A DNA stretch of 64,000 bases from the sequence record MN563784.1; one strand, 5' to 3'. Positions within the stretch are counted from its first letter, which is position 1. Every line of letters begins with the position of its first letter. Below the pieces are notes generated by a model. That model did no database searches. It was not told the origin of the DNA and saw only the letters and a list, made by a program, of their open reading frames with translations. A program made the translations under genes and the position numbers. Below are positions 14,077 through 27,992 of the stretch, piece by piece.

Positions 14077-16527
14077 ATGATGGTAAATATTCACAAATAT
14101 GTAGCCAGCCTTGAGAACCAAGATGGTACGGCTGTGGAACAGGATGTATCCAAAGTCGAGACATCTGTTAAAGATGATCATGAACTAGTTCAAGATTTAA
14201 AGAAAGATAATGATGCATCTGCAACTATTGAGAATGAAACTGTTAAAACAGATACTGATATTATCTCTGCTGAAGAACATGAAGAAACAGCACATGCTGC
14301 TGATAAGTCAGCAGTAATTGTTGAAGAAGTTGTACCAGAAGAAACTGTTGTTGAGGAAAGTATTCCTGAACCGCTAGCTACCACTAGTGTCGAAGAAGGC
14401 GAAGAAGCAGTTAAAGTTGCTGAAGCTGAAATCGCTGAAGAAATCGGTACAATTTCTGAAGGCGGTAAAGAGGTTTTAGATTCAACCACTGAAATTATTG
14501 AAGCTGCACAAGATGCGGCTGATGATACTGAACTAGTACCTGTTGCAGAAGCACCTGGTGAAACAGCAGTGGAATTAACCCCCACTGAAGAAACCCCACT
14601 TGGTGACGAAACTCCACCGCCTGCACCACTATCTGAGGAACTTCCAGCTGGTGATGAACCTGTTTCATCAACCATGGATACACTACCAGATGAAGTGTTA
14701 GATGCTGGTGAAGTTGTAAGTGAAGCAGTCCCTGGTATTGATGACGATGTAACTCCTGAAGAAGCCGGTGCTGAGCAAACAACTGCTGATGAAAGTTCCA
14801 ATGATGAACCTGAGACAGAGATCACTGAAACAGAAGAAGTCGAAATTACTGAACCAGCTGTAGCTGATGCTGAAACAGAAGTTGTTGAAACCGTAGAAGA
14901 TACGCCGGATACAACTGATAGTGAAGTAGCTGAAGTAGTAGAGGCGGAATCTGAAAGTGTTCCTGCTGAAGCTGAACCAGATGAAATCGTAGCAGTTGAT
15001 GAAGAAGTAGCTGTAACTGATCCAATTGTAGAAGAAGCTGCCGAAACAGCAGAAGTAGCTGAAGAAGGCTTAAGCGAATTGGAAGAAGTTCGGGATGAAG
15101 CTGAAGAAGAATTAACTAATGATGACAGTGATTCTACTGATGTATTAATCAATGAAGCTGAAACTGAAGAAACAGTTGCTGAAACCGAAACGGCATCTAC
15201 TATTTCCGAACCAACAATTGAAGAAGGTGCTGTTGAAGACGACAGTGAAACAATTGTTGCAGAAACAGATGATGACGTTTCAGAAGATGACATCGAAGAA
15301 AAGTTAGCTGAAGGTGAAATTGACATCCCGGATGTTGACGTAGAAGTAACTGAAGATGATGTTGAAGAAGCTGACGAGACTGCTGATGAGGCAGTTGAAG
15401 AAGCCGATAAGCTTGAAGATGACATTGAAGATGGTAAGAAAACCATTGGTCAATTACTTGAAGAGCAGGCATCAAATGAATCCATGCTTGAGATTCTACA
15501 TTATGGCCTAGAACATAAGCAATATAGTCCTCAGTTCATCGTACATGCTAATAGCTGTTTAGAACGCCTGCATAACGCCTTTGATGTCTATTCACCTGGT
15601 GTTCCAGCAATGGAAGATTATGGTTATGGTAATCTAGAAGATTACTATAAGGCGATGGTTACTTCGCTAGAATCATTTAATAGCACTATTGGTAAGTTTG
15701 TTCGAAATATTATCGACAACATTGCTGAAGGTGCAAATGCATCCATCCATGTTAAAGCTAACCAAAAAGAACTAGCCGCAGCTAATACTAAAGCTGACCA
15801 ACTTCTAGTTAAGCTTAAAGATACTGATAATTTTGAAAATAAAGAAATCAAAATTAATGGTATTCTAAAAGGTGATGATAATCTAGTACGCGGTGTTGCT
15901 GGAGAAGTTCGTCGTATTAGCGATATTATTAACAAATGCTTCAAAATCGATGGTGAATACATCGAACGTTTAGTTGGTCACCTATCAACTGCTATTGAAG
16001 CTGATAGTGAAGAAGCTATTGATAAGGCTCTAGAAGAAGCAACTAAATTAGAAGTACCTGTTAAGAAATATCCTGAGAGTTCATTTATCAGTGGAAAACT
16101 AGAAGGTAGTTTTACCTTCGAGAAGTCTGGCCGTGATGTAACTGGTCGCACTAGTAAAGATATTGAACGATTAGCTGCTATTGCACTTCCAACTGGTGAA
16201 TGGGGTGCTACCGGTACTACTACTGCTAAAGTTAGCCGTAAGGACGTTACTGAACTAATGAAACTTTCTAAAGTTCTAATTGGTCTTGGTAATGCCTCTC
16301 TAAAAGTTAGCGGTAACCGCGGTGTACGTCGTCTTGACCAAGCTAACCGTGATATCTCTAAAGTGGCTAGCATGGATAGTAAAGCCGGTAAAAAGAAAGT
16401 CCGGCAACTAGCTAGTGCAGTATGGGAAGTTGTTGGCCAATCGGCTGAAAACCACACCGTTCTAGTTGATTACATTGTAGCTCTTACCAATGCAATTAAC
16501 ACTGCTGTGAATCGTGCCATTAAGTAA
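14077..16527 (+). CDS. Internal head protein with very long acidic propeptide (gp97 position)
   Basis: 816 aa; about 450-aa E/D/T/A/V-rich N-terminal region; ASLEN/PAMED/TSLES motifs. Confidence 0.78.
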   Translation: MMVNIHKYVASLENQDGTAVEQDVSKVETSVKDDHELVQDLKKDNDASATIENETVKTDTDIISAEEHEETAHAADKSAVIVEEVVPEETVVEESIPEPLATTSVEEGEEAVKVAEAEIAEEIGTISEGGKEVLDSTTEIIEAAQDAADDTELVPVAEAPGETAVELTPTEETPLGDETPPPAPLSEELPAGDEPVSSTMDTLPDEVLDAGEVVSEAVPGIDDDVTPEEAGAEQTTADESSNDEPETEITETEEVEITEPAVADAETEVVETVEDTPDTTDSEVAEVVEAESESVPAEAEPDEIVAVDEEVAVTDPIVEEAAETAEVAEEGLSELEEVRDEAEEELTNDDSDSTDVLINEAETEETVAETETASTISEPTIEEGAVEDDSETIVAETDDDVSEDDIEEKLAEGEIDIPDVDVEVTEDDVEEADETADEAVEEADKLEDDIEDGKKTIGQLLEEQASNESMLEILHYGLEHKQYSPQFIVHANSCLERLHNAFDVYSPGVPAMEDYGYGNLEDYYKAMVTSLESFNSTIGKFVRNIIDNIAEGANASIHVKANQKELAAANTKADQLLVKLKDTDNFENKEIKINGILKGDDNLVRGVAGEVRRISDIINKCFKIDGEYIERLVGHLSTAIEADSEEAIDKALEEATKLEVPVKKYPESSFISGKLEGSFTFEKSGRDVTGRTSKDIERLAAIALPTGEWGATGTTTAKVSRKDVTELMKLSKVLIGLGNASLKVSGNRGVRRLDQANRDISKVASMDSKAGKKKVRQLASAVWEVVGQSAENHTVLVDYIVALTNAINTAVNRAIK

Positions 16528-16537
16528 CAAACATAAC

Positions 16538-16564
16538 GGGGAGCCTTCATGGCTCCCTTTTATG
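16538..16564 (+). terminator. Intrinsic terminator
   Basis: GGGAGCC-TTCAT-GGCTCCC then TTTTATG. Confidence 0.8.
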
Positions 16565-16592
16565 CTGTTAGACCATGATCTTATGATCTTAA

Positions 16593-19648
<3,056 letters not shown>

Positions 19649-19652
19649 TACC

Positions 19653-21633
<1,981 letters not shown>

Positions 21634-21642
21634 AGGTGTATT

Positions 21643-22065
21643 ATGGAACAACTATTTATACGAGTTGATGTGAGGTGGTCACAACAATTCTTTTCTGAAT
21701 TAAAACAATACTTTAATTATACCGCAAAAGATGAAGATGATCTTAACTACTTGATCATTCTTTATATTAAAGAACGACATAATTTCTTTTGGACATGTGT
21801 TCCAGATAGATACAATGATGTAATGTGTAGTTTCTATAAATCAATTTGTGGTTATCCAATAAATCCTAATATCATTGCAAATAGATTTGATCAACTCTAT
21901 CGTGAGATTATGAATAGCTTATTACAAATAAAAGGTATTATCAAAGATATAGTTGCTGTTAAAACAAAAGAAGGGGATATCGAGGGATTCATTATACATT
22001 CTGAATCACTACCTAGGTCCTATCCAAGACCTACTAATTGGAAAGGTGTATTTGAAAGATCTTAA
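21643..22065 (+). CDS. Hypothetical protein
   Basis: Start moved to ATG 21643 (RBS AGGTG); the track's GTG lies inside the terminator hairpin. Confidence 0.6.
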   Translation: MEQLFIRVDVRWSQQFFSELKQYFNYTAKDEDDLNYLIILYIKERHNFFWTCVPDRYNDVMCSFYKSICGYPINPNIIANRFDQLYREIMNSLLQIKGIIKDIVAVKTKEGDIEGFIIHSESLPRSYPRPTNWKGVFERS

Positions 22066-22077
22066 ACAGTATATTAC
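22062..22077 (+). promoter_or_regulatory. phiKZ-type early (virion RNAP) promoter
   Basis: TTAAACAG-TATATTAC matches the phiKZ early consensus TATATTAC with an upstream TTTAA-like element; near-identical copy at 23250. Confidence 0.75.
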
Positions 22078-22104
22078 ACATATGAACTAATGTGGAGTAT
22101 ATAC

Positions 22105-22230
22105 ATGGAAAACATCCCTTTAAATAAACCTAAACAACCGGTAGTACCTGAAACATGGATAAAACTTCATCATGTGGTCGTGTTATTCATTCTCTCACTA
22201 ATAGGAACTTTAATCTTCAATGGTATTTAG
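22105..22230 (+). CDS. 41-aa membrane peptide (not in ORF track)
   Basis: MENIPLNKPKQPVVPETWIKLHHVVVLFILSLIGTLIFNGI; RBS GGAG; first ORF after the early promoter. Confidence 0.6.
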   Translation: MENIPLNKPKQPVVPETWIKLHHVVVLFILSLIGTLIFNGI

Positions 22231-22238
22231 GAGGACAT

Positions 22239-22631
22239 ATGTCATTTATAATTGCTATATGTCTAGCAGTAATGGTAATAGGTATTTTTACTATTGGATC
22301 TAAAGTTAGAGCTTTATGGTATCTTATAAATGGTAAAACTTTAAATGAGCATAAGAAATGGCGCGCAGACTTCAATGAAGTAATTCAATGGCTTCATGAA
22401 GGTGCTTTCTTTACTAAATCAGGTTTATTTAAAGATCAAGCTATCTCGATTAGATTGTGTGAGCTATCGCGCAGTAAGAAATTATTCCCAATGCTACGGC
22501 GTTCTAAGTTCGAAGTTATAACTGCTAAGGTATTTAGGGAAATAACTGGTGAGCCTTCAGAGTATAATTATTACTTGAAATTTAATAAGGCTTATATTGG
22601 CTTCTACAACGCTAATCCAGAAATCCAATAA
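22239..22631 (+). CDS. Hypothetical protein with N-terminal membrane anchor
   Basis: Start moved to ATG 22239 (RBS AGGAGG); MSFIIAICLAVMVIGIFTIG hydrophobic helix. Confidence 0.7.
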   Translation: MSFIIAICLAVMVIGIFTIGSKVRALWYLINGKTLNEHKKWRADFNEVIQWLHEGAFFTKSGLFKDQAISIRLCELSRSKKLFPMLRRSKFEVITAKVFREITGEPSEYNYYLKFNKAYIGFYNANPEIQ

Positions 22632-22711
22632 GCCTGGAAATGCACCCAATCTAATGAGAAGGTCTATGTTTTGATCTTCTCATTAGTACTCTTGTAGAAG
22701 GAGCCATTATC

Positions 22712-23200
22712 ATGGCTGAATTTATTATAGGTAAAGATATATTCAATGTACCTGGTGATCTTTATCTAATCACTGTTAATGTTGTTGGCGTCATGGGCGC
22801 TGGTTTAGCCAAATCGTTTAAAGAAAAGTATCCTGAACTTTTTGAAAGATACAAACACGATTGCAAAAAGAGAATTATTACTATTGGTAATCCGGTTATT
22901 TACAAAGCATCCGATGGTAAACGTTTCATGATGTTTCCTACTAAGGATAACTGGCGGAACCCATCTCAAATTAGTTTCATTGAACGTGGTCTAGAGTGGA
23001 TGATGGAGAACGTATCGGATTCTGCGGAAAATGAAGAAGACTGTATTCATCCAGATTGGAAAATTATCATACCACCTCTAGGGTGTGCTAATGGTGGATT
23101 AGATTTCTCTGATGTTAGAACTATCATTGAAGATTGGTCTAATCACATGCCTAACCAGATTGTGGTTGTTTATCCACCGTGGATAGATTCATCGGTTTAA
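22712..23200 (+). CDS. Macrodomain (Appr-1-p / DarG-Poa1-like ADP-ribose hydrolase; gp104 position)
   Basis: VNVVGVMGAGLAKSFK, MFPTKDNWR and IPPLGCANGGLDF macrodomain motifs. Confidence 0.88.
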   Translation: MAEFIIGKDIFNVPGDLYLITVNVVGVMGAGLAKSFKEKYPELFERYKHDCKKRIITIGNPVIYKASDGKRFMMFPTKDNWRNPSQISFIERGLEWMMENVSDSAENEEDCIHPDWKIIIPPLGCANGGLDFSDVRTIIEDWSNHMPNQIVVVYPPWIDSSV

Positions 23201-23205
23201 CATTG

Positions 23206-23232
23206 GCCTTCCCTCAGGGGAAGGCTTTATGT
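23206..23232 (+). terminator. Intrinsic terminator
   Basis: GCCTTCCC-TCAG-GGGAAGGC then TTTATGT. Confidence 0.8.
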
Positions 23233-23249
23233 CGTATATTCAAACCATT

Positions 23250-23265
23250 TTAAACAGTATATTAC
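23250..23265 (+). promoter_or_regulatory. phiKZ-type early promoter
   Basis: TTTTAAACAG-TATATTAC. Confidence 0.8.
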
Positions 23266-23323
23266 ATTTGTGACAATACTGTAAACATTATCATACAACT
23301 TAATGTAAATAGGTGGAAATAAA

Positions 23324-23770
23324 ATGGCAAAGACTAAAAAGCAGAAAGTGCAAGAGGCGATTACTCGTAAATTGATCAAGTTCTATAGTGATACATTTCC
23401 GGAGTTGATGAAAGCTATTGAAAACTGTGATAGCAGTGGCGAAGAGCATAACCTCCACAATGTATTTGATAATTATAAGAAAACCATTAAAATGGCAGAA
23501 GAAGCCAAGGTTGACCTTAGTCTTTATGGAGTAAATTTAATTGACAAGGATACATACACGAGTCTTTTGTGGTTTATCGAAGGTTGCTATGTATGGGACA
23601 TGATTAAAAAACTTAACAAAGCAAAATATGACAATGTTCCTGAACTGGCCAGAATTACACAATGGGATGAACTGGATGACGCAAAGAAACTTCAATTCAA
23701 TAAAAGTCGAGATTACATCATCAAACGACTGAAAGAAGTAACGACTTGTGAACATTTCAGAAACTATTAA
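23324..23770 (+). CDS. Hypothetical early protein
   Basis: 148 aa, RBS AGGTGG. Confidence 0.7.
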   Translation: MAKTKKQKVQEAITRKLIKFYSDTFPELMKAIENCDSSGEEHNLHNVFDNYKKTIKMAEEAKVDLSLYGVNLIDKDTYTSLLWFIEGCYVWDMIKKLNKAKYDNVPELARITQWDELDDAKKLQFNKSRDYIIKRLKEVTTCEHFRNY

Positions 23771-23804
23771 ATAGTTTTAATATTAGTAAATAGGAATATT
23801 TATT

Positions 23805-24143
23805 ATGAAATTCAATACGATTGCAAAAGGTGTATCTTTTCTTCTGGCCACTGCATCACTGGCTGGAACTGGGTATGTTATCTACAAGAAGGCTAAAGAG
23901 ACTAAAGCCAACTTTGACAAACTCATGGGTTTCAGGGATCAGTTTAAAAGTATTTCAAAAGAGTATGGTGAATCAGATGAGTTCATGATGTTCGTCAATG
24001 CTGCAATGACTGAGACAATGGATAGTGCTGTTGCTGAGAGCAATATTGAAAAACATCGACTGGATGTAATTCGTAATAAGCTGTCGATCATTTATGGCGA
24101 TGACTATACGAATCAAGTATTCGATACAGTTCGTAAGATGTAA
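23805..24143 (+). CDS. Small protein with N-terminal membrane anchor
   Basis: GVSFLLATASLAGTGYVIY followed by KKAK. Confidence 0.7.
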   Translation: MKFNTIAKGVSFLLATASLAGTGYVIYKKAKETKANFDKLMGFRDQFKSISKEYGESDEFMMFVNAAMTETMDSAVAESNIEKHRLDVIRNKLSIIYGDDYTNQVFDTVRKM

Positions 24144-24251
24144 AAATGGATAGGGCCTCACTGAGGCCCCATTCAAATATAATTACGATAATAAAATTAT
24201 ATTTGAATGAGTTTGTTAAACCTTCAATTAATCGTAAAAAGGAAAATACAA

Positions 24252-24413
24252 ATGAATATTGATAAAGTTAAACTTCAAAAACTTATCGCGGATGTGCCCG
24301 AGGCACCTAAACATAAGAAGATTAAAAACGTCATCACCAAATATGCGGAGATAGCACTAGGAGTATATGTTGGTATTATAATAGCTAAACGTGTTCTAAA
24401 TATCAAGTTTTAA
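24252..24413 (+). CDS. 53-aa protein with C-terminal hydrophobic helix
   Basis: Start moved to ATG 24252 (RBS AAGGA); IALGVYVGIIIA. Confidence 0.6.
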   Translation: MNIDKVKLQKLIADVPEAPKHKKIKNVITKYAEIALGVYVGIIIAKRVLNIKF

Positions 24414-24458
24414 TATAATCAAAATAAATCTACATTCATTAACTAATAGGATATTATC

Positions 24459-24776
24459 ATGCTTTCCATTATCGGTAATGTTGTAAAAACTGGTCTCATG
24501 CTGGCTGGTACCATCTATGTGTTCGAAGTCAGTGTGACTGTTTATAATGAGATTAAATTAGAAAAGAATATCCGTGAAAAAGTAAAGGACTATTCCGATT
24601 ATATCAAATCTAATTCAGATAATACCACCGTGGAAGTAATGACGGACTTTATTGAAGTAGAGCTTATATACGTTATTAATGATGGATTGGATATGTTTAA
24701 CACCATCAGTGATAAACATCGAATTAAATCAAAAATCCGTAACTGGATTAAGGATGCAATTAACAATGAACTCTAA
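24459..24776 (+). CDS. Small protein with N-terminal hydrophobic segment
   Basis: 105 aa, RBS AGGA. Confidence 0.65.
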   Translation: MLSIIGNVVKTGLMLAGTIYVFEVSVTVYNEIKLEKNIREKVKDYSDYIKSNSDNTTVEVMTDFIEVELIYVINDGLDMFNTISDKHRIKSKIRNWIKDAINNEL

Positions 24777-25206
24777 GCTATCTCTTACATTAGGGATGGT
24801 AAGTGGAGCCGTACTCGGTAAGCTTGCTTGGGATTCTAGAGAAAAACTCTATGAATTCTATTATGGACGAATTATTATCCATAAACTGAAAGCTTATCAA
24901 AAGACCATGGATGTCGATAAACTACCGTTCCATCCAGCAACAGCAATGGCCCATTATCTTAAGGCTAGCATTAATGCATCCAAGGAGACACTTGTGTCAC
25001 TGGATCTTCTTGAGAGCATTAATGAAGTAGGGCTTAAATATATTGAATCAGTGCGATGCCGTTATGATACTGCATGGCAAATGAGTCTGCACAGGAGGCT
25101 TGTCAAACGGCAGAAAGAGATTGAAGAAGAGAATCGTCGTATCGAAGAAGAAGAACGACGTAATCGGAAACAACTTGATCTGTTCGATGATGTGTCAGAT
25201 GTGTAA
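24766..25206 (+). CDS. Small protein with N-terminal hydrophobic segment and C-terminal coiled coil
   Basis: Start moved to ATG 24766; LSLTLGMVSGAVLG; EIEEENRRIEEEERR. Confidence 0.62.
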   Translation: MNSKLSLTLGMVSGAVLGKLAWDSREKLYEFYYGRIIIHKLKAYQKTMDVDKLPFHPATAMAHYLKASINASKETLVSLDLLESINEVGLKYIESVRCRYDTAWQMSLHRRLVKRQKEIEEENRRIEEEERRNRKQLDLFDDVSDV

Positions 25207-25214
25207 CTGATAAT

Positions 25215-25241
25215 GGGAGTCTTCGGACTCCCTTTTATTTT
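25215..25241 (+). terminator. Intrinsic terminator
   Basis: GGGAGTC-TTCG-GACTCCC then TTTTATTTT. Confidence 0.85.
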
Positions 25242-25293
25242 CTACATCGTATTATTTTTTAATCACTTCAATAAACGTAAATAGGTATACAAA

Positions 25294-25650
25294 ATGAATA
25301 TTGATAAAGTATCACTCTGTCTTGGTATTTTTGTTGGTTCAGTTACAATGTGTGCAGTTGGTAAAATCTATCATAAAACTGTTATTGATGTAAAAATCAA
25401 TAAGTTGCGTAATGCTGCTTCAGTGTCTAATGAAATTCTTACAATGCTTTCTAAGCGTGCCTCTGTTATTCGCGCTGAGGTTATGCCAACCGCAGAAGAC
25501 TTTATCGATTGTGAAGGTAAAGTACACAACAAACTCACTGAAGAGTTACAGGACATCGTCGCTGGTTTTAAAGTAGCGCCTGAACACGGGGCTAGTGTTA
25601 ATACACGTATTAATGATTGGTTCCTACAAACGTTCCCAACTGTTTACTAA
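25294..25650 (+). CDS. Small protein with N-terminal membrane anchor
   Basis: VSLCLGIFVGSVTMCAVG; starts MNIDKV like the 24252 ORF. Confidence 0.68.
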   Translation: MNIDKVSLCLGIFVGSVTMCAVGKIYHKTVIDVKINKLRNAASVSNEILTMLSKRASVIRAEVMPTAEDFIDCEGKVHNKLTEELQDIVAGFKVAPEHGASVNTRINDWFLQTFPTVY

Positions 25651-25660
25651 TAGGTGATAT

Positions 25661-26083
25661 ATGTCAAAAGTAGTATTTCCTAATGGTCTACTAATAGCGC
25701 TCATGCAAAACTTCGATCACACTCTCGAATGTTTTGATCATGATGTTAGTGTTTTTAAAAAGGCACTCAGTGACCTAGATAATAAAATTAAAGGTGGTAT
25801 TAAGTCACTTGATAATGATTACTCTAATGCTAAAATTGTATTAGAACGCATTCTTGAAGAACTTTTTAAAAGAGGATTACATATCCCTGGGCCTTCTGGA
25901 AAAGCATTTGTCATTGAAAAAGTTCACATTGTAGATAGCACAGGTGTGGCTAAGGCATACCGTGTCAGTTACAATGATGAAAAAGCTATGCCTGAATATG
26001 TATCAGCCGATAATGTATGGGGTGCACTAATTTCATATCAAAAACGTAGTCGTAGTGCAAATCCATTCAAACCAACTGCGTGA
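25661..26083 (+). CDS. Hypothetical protein
   Basis: 140 aa, RBS AGGTG. Confidence 0.68.
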   Translation: MSKVVFPNGLLIALMQNFDHTLECFDHDVSVFKKALSDLDNKIKGGIKSLDNDYSNAKIVLERILEELFKRGLHIPGPSGKAFVIEKVHIVDSTGVAKAYRVSYNDEKAMPEYVSADNVWGALISYQKRSRSANPFKPTA

Positions 26084-26154
26084 AAAGGATCTGATGGTTA
26101 AAGCCATAATCCATTATCGTATTACATAATACCTGCAAAAGAAGGAATAAGTCA

Positions 26155-26406
26155 ATGAGCGAATCTAAAGAAGTTATCAACATGGTGGAATGTTTTATCA
26201 GTGAATCTTACATGGAGCCAGGTGTTGACCACAATCGTCGGATTTTGATGCGTGAATACGGGATCAACCCTAACAGCGGTATACCACTTCGGGGGAACTG
26301 GGTTCTGCGTAACATGCTCACTGGGGAATTTATCGACAATGATAAATACCTCAACGATATTGTTGAACGTAATTCCATCCAATTCGAACGCAATACCTTC
26401 GTCTAG
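26155..26406 (+). CDS. Hypothetical protein (paralog of 27400-27675)
   Basis: REYGINP...RGNWVLR...TGEFID motif; RBS AAGGA. Confidence 0.7.
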   Translation: MSESKEVINMVECFISESYMEPGVDHNRRILMREYGINPNSGIPLRGNWVLRNMLTGEFIDNDKYLNDIVERNSIQFERNTFV

Positions 26407-26441
26407 CTATAATTAATCCAAATCTGAAAATAGGTCAAACC

Positions 26442-26813
26442 ATGAACGAACACATTCAAAAGAAAATCAACCAGGGTACTGGCAGACTGGCTATGTGCAA
26501 CTTCGACAAAATGAACTATGTTCAGGGTCGTGAGTACTATGCCATCTCAGATAGTGGTTTACTTGAACAAATCGTTGCTCTATGCGCAGTTCAGTGGCCT
26601 CAGGAAATGGCCAACTACCTGCATGATGAAAGCGCTCTGTTCTGGGCTCTTTTCGACCGTGGTATCGTAGCTGATGGTAAACCTCGCGCCGACCGTAAAG
26701 ACTTCATCTACGAACGCCTTGGTTTCATCCACAAGAAGAAGTTCAAAAAATACGGCTTGTCTATTCTACAGCGTGCGCGCACCCGCTCGATGGCTAGTTT
26801 TGAGAAAGCTTAA
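26442..26813 (+). CDS. Hypothetical basic protein
   Basis: 123 aa, K/R-rich C-terminus. Confidence 0.68.
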   Translation: MNEHIQKKINQGTGRLAMCNFDKMNYVQGREYYAISDSGLLEQIVALCAVQWPQEMANYLHDESALFWALFDRGIVADGKPRADRKDFIYERLGFIHKKKFKKYGLSILQRARTRSMASFEKA

Positions 26814-26860
26814 GAGACTTGCTGAGCTATGCTGCAACACCAATACGAGGATCGTTAATT

Positions 26861-27358
26861 ATGAACCGCATGATTCCTGCAAATGAGCGTGACAGTGAAC
26901 TCAGTCTCTATGGCTATTTGACCTCTGTTGTAACTGGTGGGGTTGCTTGGGATTATAACCCTATCGTTCTGCTGGAGAAGATGTGTAATCGTGATGATGA
27001 GGCCATCTGCATGGGTGAACCCAATTACGATCAATTACGTTTGATCGGTGCAAGGGGTATGTTCGAACAGATCTCTGAAAACATCCTGTCTCGCAATGAA
27101 CAAATCATGGATGGTGTTCGTGATTTCTTCAAAGATGGTCTCCAGTTGAAAACCAATGTAGATGACATGTTGGTGAGACTGAATTATCAAACTGTGCATA
27201 ACGGGACTGATATGGATGAGGTGATCATGGTAAACTTGTTCAAAAAAATTGATGGTGATTATGTGGTTGCTCATAAGTGCACATATGACCCTCAAGATTG
27301 GAAACATGCGTTATATTACTTCACCAATGCCTCCATGATCAGTCAAAAACAAAAATAA
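26861..27358 (+). CDS. Hypothetical protein
   Basis: Start moved to ATG 26861 (RBS GAGG). Confidence 0.65.
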   Translation: MNRMIPANERDSELSLYGYLTSVVTGGVAWDYNPIVLLEKMCNRDDEAICMGEPNYDQLRLIGARGMFEQISENILSRNEQIMDGVRDFFKDGLQLKTNVDDMLVRLNYQTVHNGTDMDEVIMVNLFKKIDGDYVVAHKCTYDPQDWKHALYYFTNASMISQKQK

Positions 27359-27399
27359 ATATCATGCATATCCCTTCAGGTAATTTTAGAGAGGTTATT

Positions 27400-27675
27400 A
27401 TGAGCAATAAAGATGTATCAATGATCCCAGTTTATGAAAATCACTTTGTCACTACTGGTGCTACTCCACGACATGAAGCAATTGTGGTATGTCGTGAATA
27501 TGGTATTAATCCATTAGATGATGCACCATTTCGGGGTTCATGGGTGATGCGCTACCGAGAGACTGGCAAATTCATTGATTGTTCCAGGGATATTGATGAT
27601 TTAGCTAAGAAATATAATCTGACCATTCATAAACCAACCATTGAATTATACACCAGCACGTATATTGGTCAATAG
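27400..27675 (+). CDS. Hypothetical protein (paralog of 26155-26406)
   Basis: Start moved to ATG 27400 (RBS GAGGT); REYGINP...RGSWVMR...TGKFID. Confidence 0.7.
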   Translation: MSNKDVSMIPVYENHFVTTGATPRHEAIVVCREYGINPLDDAPFRGSWVMRYRETGKFIDCSRDIDDLAKKYNLTIHKPTIELYTSTYIGQ

Positions 27676-27681
27676 AAAAAA

Positions 27682-27705
27682 AAACCACCCTATATAGGGT
27701 GGTTT
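27682..27705. terminator. Bidirectional terminator-like palindrome
   Basis: AAACCACCCTA-TA-TAGGGTGGTTT preceded by an A-run. Confidence 0.7.
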
Positions 27706-27721
27706 ATAAAAGAGGTGAAAT

Positions 27722-27985
27722 ATGCATAAACTTAATCCTGGTTGTTATCCATTAACTATAAATCCTAATGGTAAGTTTCTGAATAAAGACGATTTACGGA
27801 ATCTTCCCAATGGGATTTATGTAACTTCTCCGTTACATGGTCCTAGGGTATATAGCCATGATCGACGCGTTATGGTTGATGGTGATTATTGTTATCTAAT
27901 CACTGCACCGAACATAAAATTCAAGGTAAGTGATTTCTTTAAATATAATGTAGTTTATTATCCGAGCATTTACCTCAAGAGGTAA
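27722..27985 (+). CDS. Hypothetical protein (paralog of 28341-28568)
   Basis: NLPNGIYVTSPLHGP...HDRRV motif; RBS GAGGTG. Confidence 0.68.
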   Translation: MHKLNPGCYPLTINPNGKFLNKDDLRNLPNGIYVTSPLHGPRVYSHDRRVMVDGDYCYLITAPNIKFKVSDFFKYNVVYYPSIYLKR

Positions 27986-27992
27986 TAAATAA

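Noticed and set aside
14190-15446. 418-aa Ser-rich antisense ORF
   Set aside because: Shadow of the GAA/GAT/ACT/GCT-rich acidic propeptide on the + strand; no RBS or independent features.
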